A stretch of DNA of 64,000 bases, taken from positions 114,960,487 through 115,024,486 of the forward strand of contig NC_068982.1 in the NCBI RefSeq assembly GCF_001194135.2. The letters are read 5' to 3'. Of the stretch, positions 61,532 through 64,000 are shown piece after piece. The position numbers were made by a program, and so were the translations under genes. Under the pieces are notes generated by a model. It was given only the letters and a program-made list of their open reading frames with translations, did no database searches and was not told the DNA's origin. Position 1 is the stretch's first letter. Every line of letters begins with the position of its first letter. This DNA comes from Octopus bimaculoides (lineage: Eukaryota).

Positions 61532-62860
61532 TCACAGCCCAAGATGTTTCTGACTTCGCGGTGGCTGACATTCGAAGGATTTTTTACTGTTAATTATTTG
61601 CCTGTGTAATTTGTTCATTTCTTTGGCAGATTTACAGAAAATGAAAAGAAGTTTGGCATTGATACATACGTTAGTAGTCTTCATAAGAAGATGAAAATTT
61701 TCGTCTTGTATTGGTTTTATTTGCAGACGATCACTAAGCAAACCTATATAAGCGTCCTCAACAGCAATAGGAAAAACTAGTTTTGAAACGTATGACATTC
61801 TCTGGATTACATCAGCCGAAAATAAATATTGAGGTCCGTTTAGATAATCCGGGAAAATATAGTGATGAAAAGCTATCTTGGGAACATACCTGGGGTTTGC
61901 ACGATCTCTATTTGGCTGGTCATTTTTCACTACTCTGCCTAAATAGACGTTTTTAGTAGTTGTATATTTAGTTCGTAACCATTCGTGGAAAGCGGCCACA
62001 TTTATGTAAATATTATCCACAGTTTTAAGGACCAACTTCGGAACTTTACAATAATTTTGTAAATGACTAAACCAAAATAAAGTCATCATAAATTTTGTTG
62101 TCTCAGAGCGTTTGTGATCCTTAAATTCCCCTTGAAGTATATCCTGAAATTCTTCTTCCGATTCCAAGGTATCTTTATCAAATTCCGACTTTCCAATTAC
62201 AAATATTACGTACATTTCTTTGGGTAAATCTTTAAGCCAGGTCTTTCGAATTATCTGCCTTTCGTAAATATTTTCCGGTCTCGAGAATATCAAAATCAAA
62301 ATTCGCGCACGGAATTTCTGGCACCAACTCATATCAGGTTCTCTTATCATAAAAATTGGATTGTTTTTCATTTGATAACTTTTTCCGTTTCTCTTTTTCT
62401 GGGATTCCAATTTTAATTCTCGGTCGGCAATTGGTTTTTCAATGAATTTTTCTTTAAATATATGTTCTTCCTTATCTTCATATAATAAATTCATATTCTT
62501 CTCCTCCATCTGGTTTCTTTCTAAAACGTCCTCATTCTTGATTTCAGATTCAGTAAACTTTTGACTTAATTCAAGCATGTTCTGGTCCCTGACATCATTA
62601 TTTTCTCGCCGAAAATCCCTGGGTATTTCATCAACCATAACTTGTTTGATGACATCTATCACTGGCTGTGAACCTCTTCTTTTGTCAATTACTTCATTCC
62701 GTTTTGATAATGTTGGAGCATATTTAAACTGCTTTTGAGAACTAAGGTTCAATGTTTGTTGTTTTTGATGGAGTTTCTTGAGATATACTGAGAGAGTAAT
62801 ATACGTTAAAAGTGGAGCTACAAAGATGAGGAAATAACGAGACTTTCTATCTAAAGCCAT
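61532..62860 (-). CDS. GT31 family beta-1,3-glycosyltransferase-like protein (B3GALT/B3GNT-like), single exon, 442 aa
   Basis: Type II membrane layout (N-terminal hydrophobic FLIFVAPLLTYITLSVYL, charged stem) plus GT31 motifs ILILIFSRPEN.YERQIIRKTW, DILQGEFKD, VLKTVDNIYIN, FPDYLNGPQYLFSADV, EDAYIGL. Confidence 0.88.
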   Translation of the reverse strand: MALDRKSRYFLIFVAPLLTYITLSVYLKKLHQKQQTLNLSSQKQFKYAPTLSKRNEVIDKRRGSQPVIDVIKQVMVDEIPRDFRRENNDVRDQNMLELSQKFTESEIKNEDVLERNQMEEKNMNLLYEDKEEHIFKEKFIEKPIADRELKLESQKKRNGKSYQMKNNPIFMIREPDMSWCQKFRARILILIFSRPENIYERQIIRKTWLKDLPKEMYVIFVIGKSEFDKDTLESEEEFQDILQGEFKDHKRSETTKFMMTLFWFSHLQNYCKVPKLVLKTVDNIYINVAAFHEWLRTKYTTTKNVYLGRVVKNDQPNRDRANPRYVPKIAFHHYIFPDYLNGPQYLFSADVIQRMSYVSKLVFPIAVEDAYIGLLSDRLQIKPIQDENFHLLMKTTNVCINAKLLFIFCKSAKEMNKLHRQIINSKKSFECQPPRSQKHLGL

Positions 62861-63885
62861 GACAAATCATTAGAGAGAATGTGTATAAGCAATAGATTTC
62901 ATTGGTGAGTTGTCATTGTATTAGATATGATCAATGTTAAGACATATGTTCTAGTATCACACGCTCCACCTTCAGCTGAATGATGTGGATAAGGAAAAGT
63001 AGAAGCGTCAGAAGGCATAATGATAATCAATTTTAAGGTCAGGAACAATGCAAATAAAATATTTTTTAACTGCCTGAAAAACAACGAATACAATACTTTA
63101 TTGAGTAATATTGATTGCCTTAGATTAAGAAACAATAAGAGAAGAAAAGGAAAGAAGTATTTTTCACGAAGACATACATAAGACGTGGCTTAATTTCAAA
63201 ATTATTTTTAACAGATTGCATTGCAATGCAATTATGTTGCTTGCCTCTAAAAATTATTTAATATCAAAAACTGCTTCTTTTTCGTGAACATAACATTTCA
63301 TTCTAAAATATTTTTGATCTTCACGTGTTCTAATATTAATTCTTAATTATTTCTAACATAGGCACAAGGGCTCAATATTTCGAAGAAGGGTATCGCCGAT
63401 TAAATCAATCCCAGTATTTGACTCTTTTTTTCTTTTTAAAATCCATGAGTATTAAAGACAAAAACAATCTTGTCAAGGATCGAACTCAGAACACAATGAG
63501 ACGGAATTATTGTAAATATCACAAGGCTCTTCTAATTTTGACAATTCATCACTCTGACTATTCCTATATTTATTTCTTTATTGCCCACAGGTGGCTAAAC
63601 ATAGAGTGGACAAACAAAGGGATTAAGTCGATGGATCTAGTTCAAAACGGGGGAACCAGTTTTCATTTATGTTTTATGTAGTGTTTTTGGTACCGAAAGA
63701 CTTTCAAACTTCGTATACTTATCTATTTTGTGTTATAGAACAGAAAAAAATTTTTGTATTCGAATTTATTTCATGTAAAAAATTGTCTTATTTCGATAAT
63801 TTCAACCAATCACTGACAAGTATTCAGCTGTTTACAGTTACTCCTTTGGCAGTTTAAGCGGTGTAAAGCGTAGTTAATCTCCAAA

Positions 63886-63915
63886 GGTTAGGGTTAGGGT
63901 TAGGGTTAGGGTTAG
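63886..63915 (+). repeat. interstitial (TTAGGG)-type telomeric repeat, 5 units
   Basis: GGTTAG x5 perfect. Confidence 0.9.
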
Positions 63916-64000
63916 TCCTAGAAATAGCAGCCAAATATTCCTCAAATCACGGTACATAGAAAATTAGCGAAAAGTTGTTGAACAGAAAATAAATACAAAC

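Overview
AT-rich, repeat-dense metazoan genomic DNA with many N gaps. The SINE families, microsatellites and gene content suggest an octopod cephalopod (inference). No prokaryotic features or CRISPR. Two host genes are supported. (1) A multi-exon eyegone (eyg)-type Pax gene on + spans about 15028-47399: a Pro-rich exon ending in a vestigial PAI-like segment, a linker/RED paired-domain exon, a possible linker exon, and an S50 homeodomain split at the canonical Q46/V47 intron. The exon for RED helix 3 is not visible in resolved sequence. (2) An intronless GT31 (beta-1,3-galactosyl/GlcNAc-transferase-like) gene lies on - at 61532-62860, with a degenerate DxD motif. The rest is transposon debris: tRNA-derived SINEs, CR1-like and R4/Dong-like LINEs, Penelope-like elements, mariner, hAT, Helitron-like and foldback/MITE elements, plus minisatellites. 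The most unusual signal is a minimal hammerhead-ribozyme fold with a compensatory G3-C8 core swap (GUGAUCA) downstream of a Penelope-like element inside an eyg intron. All calls were made by eye, and repeat boundaries are approximate unless TSDs/TIRs are quoted.
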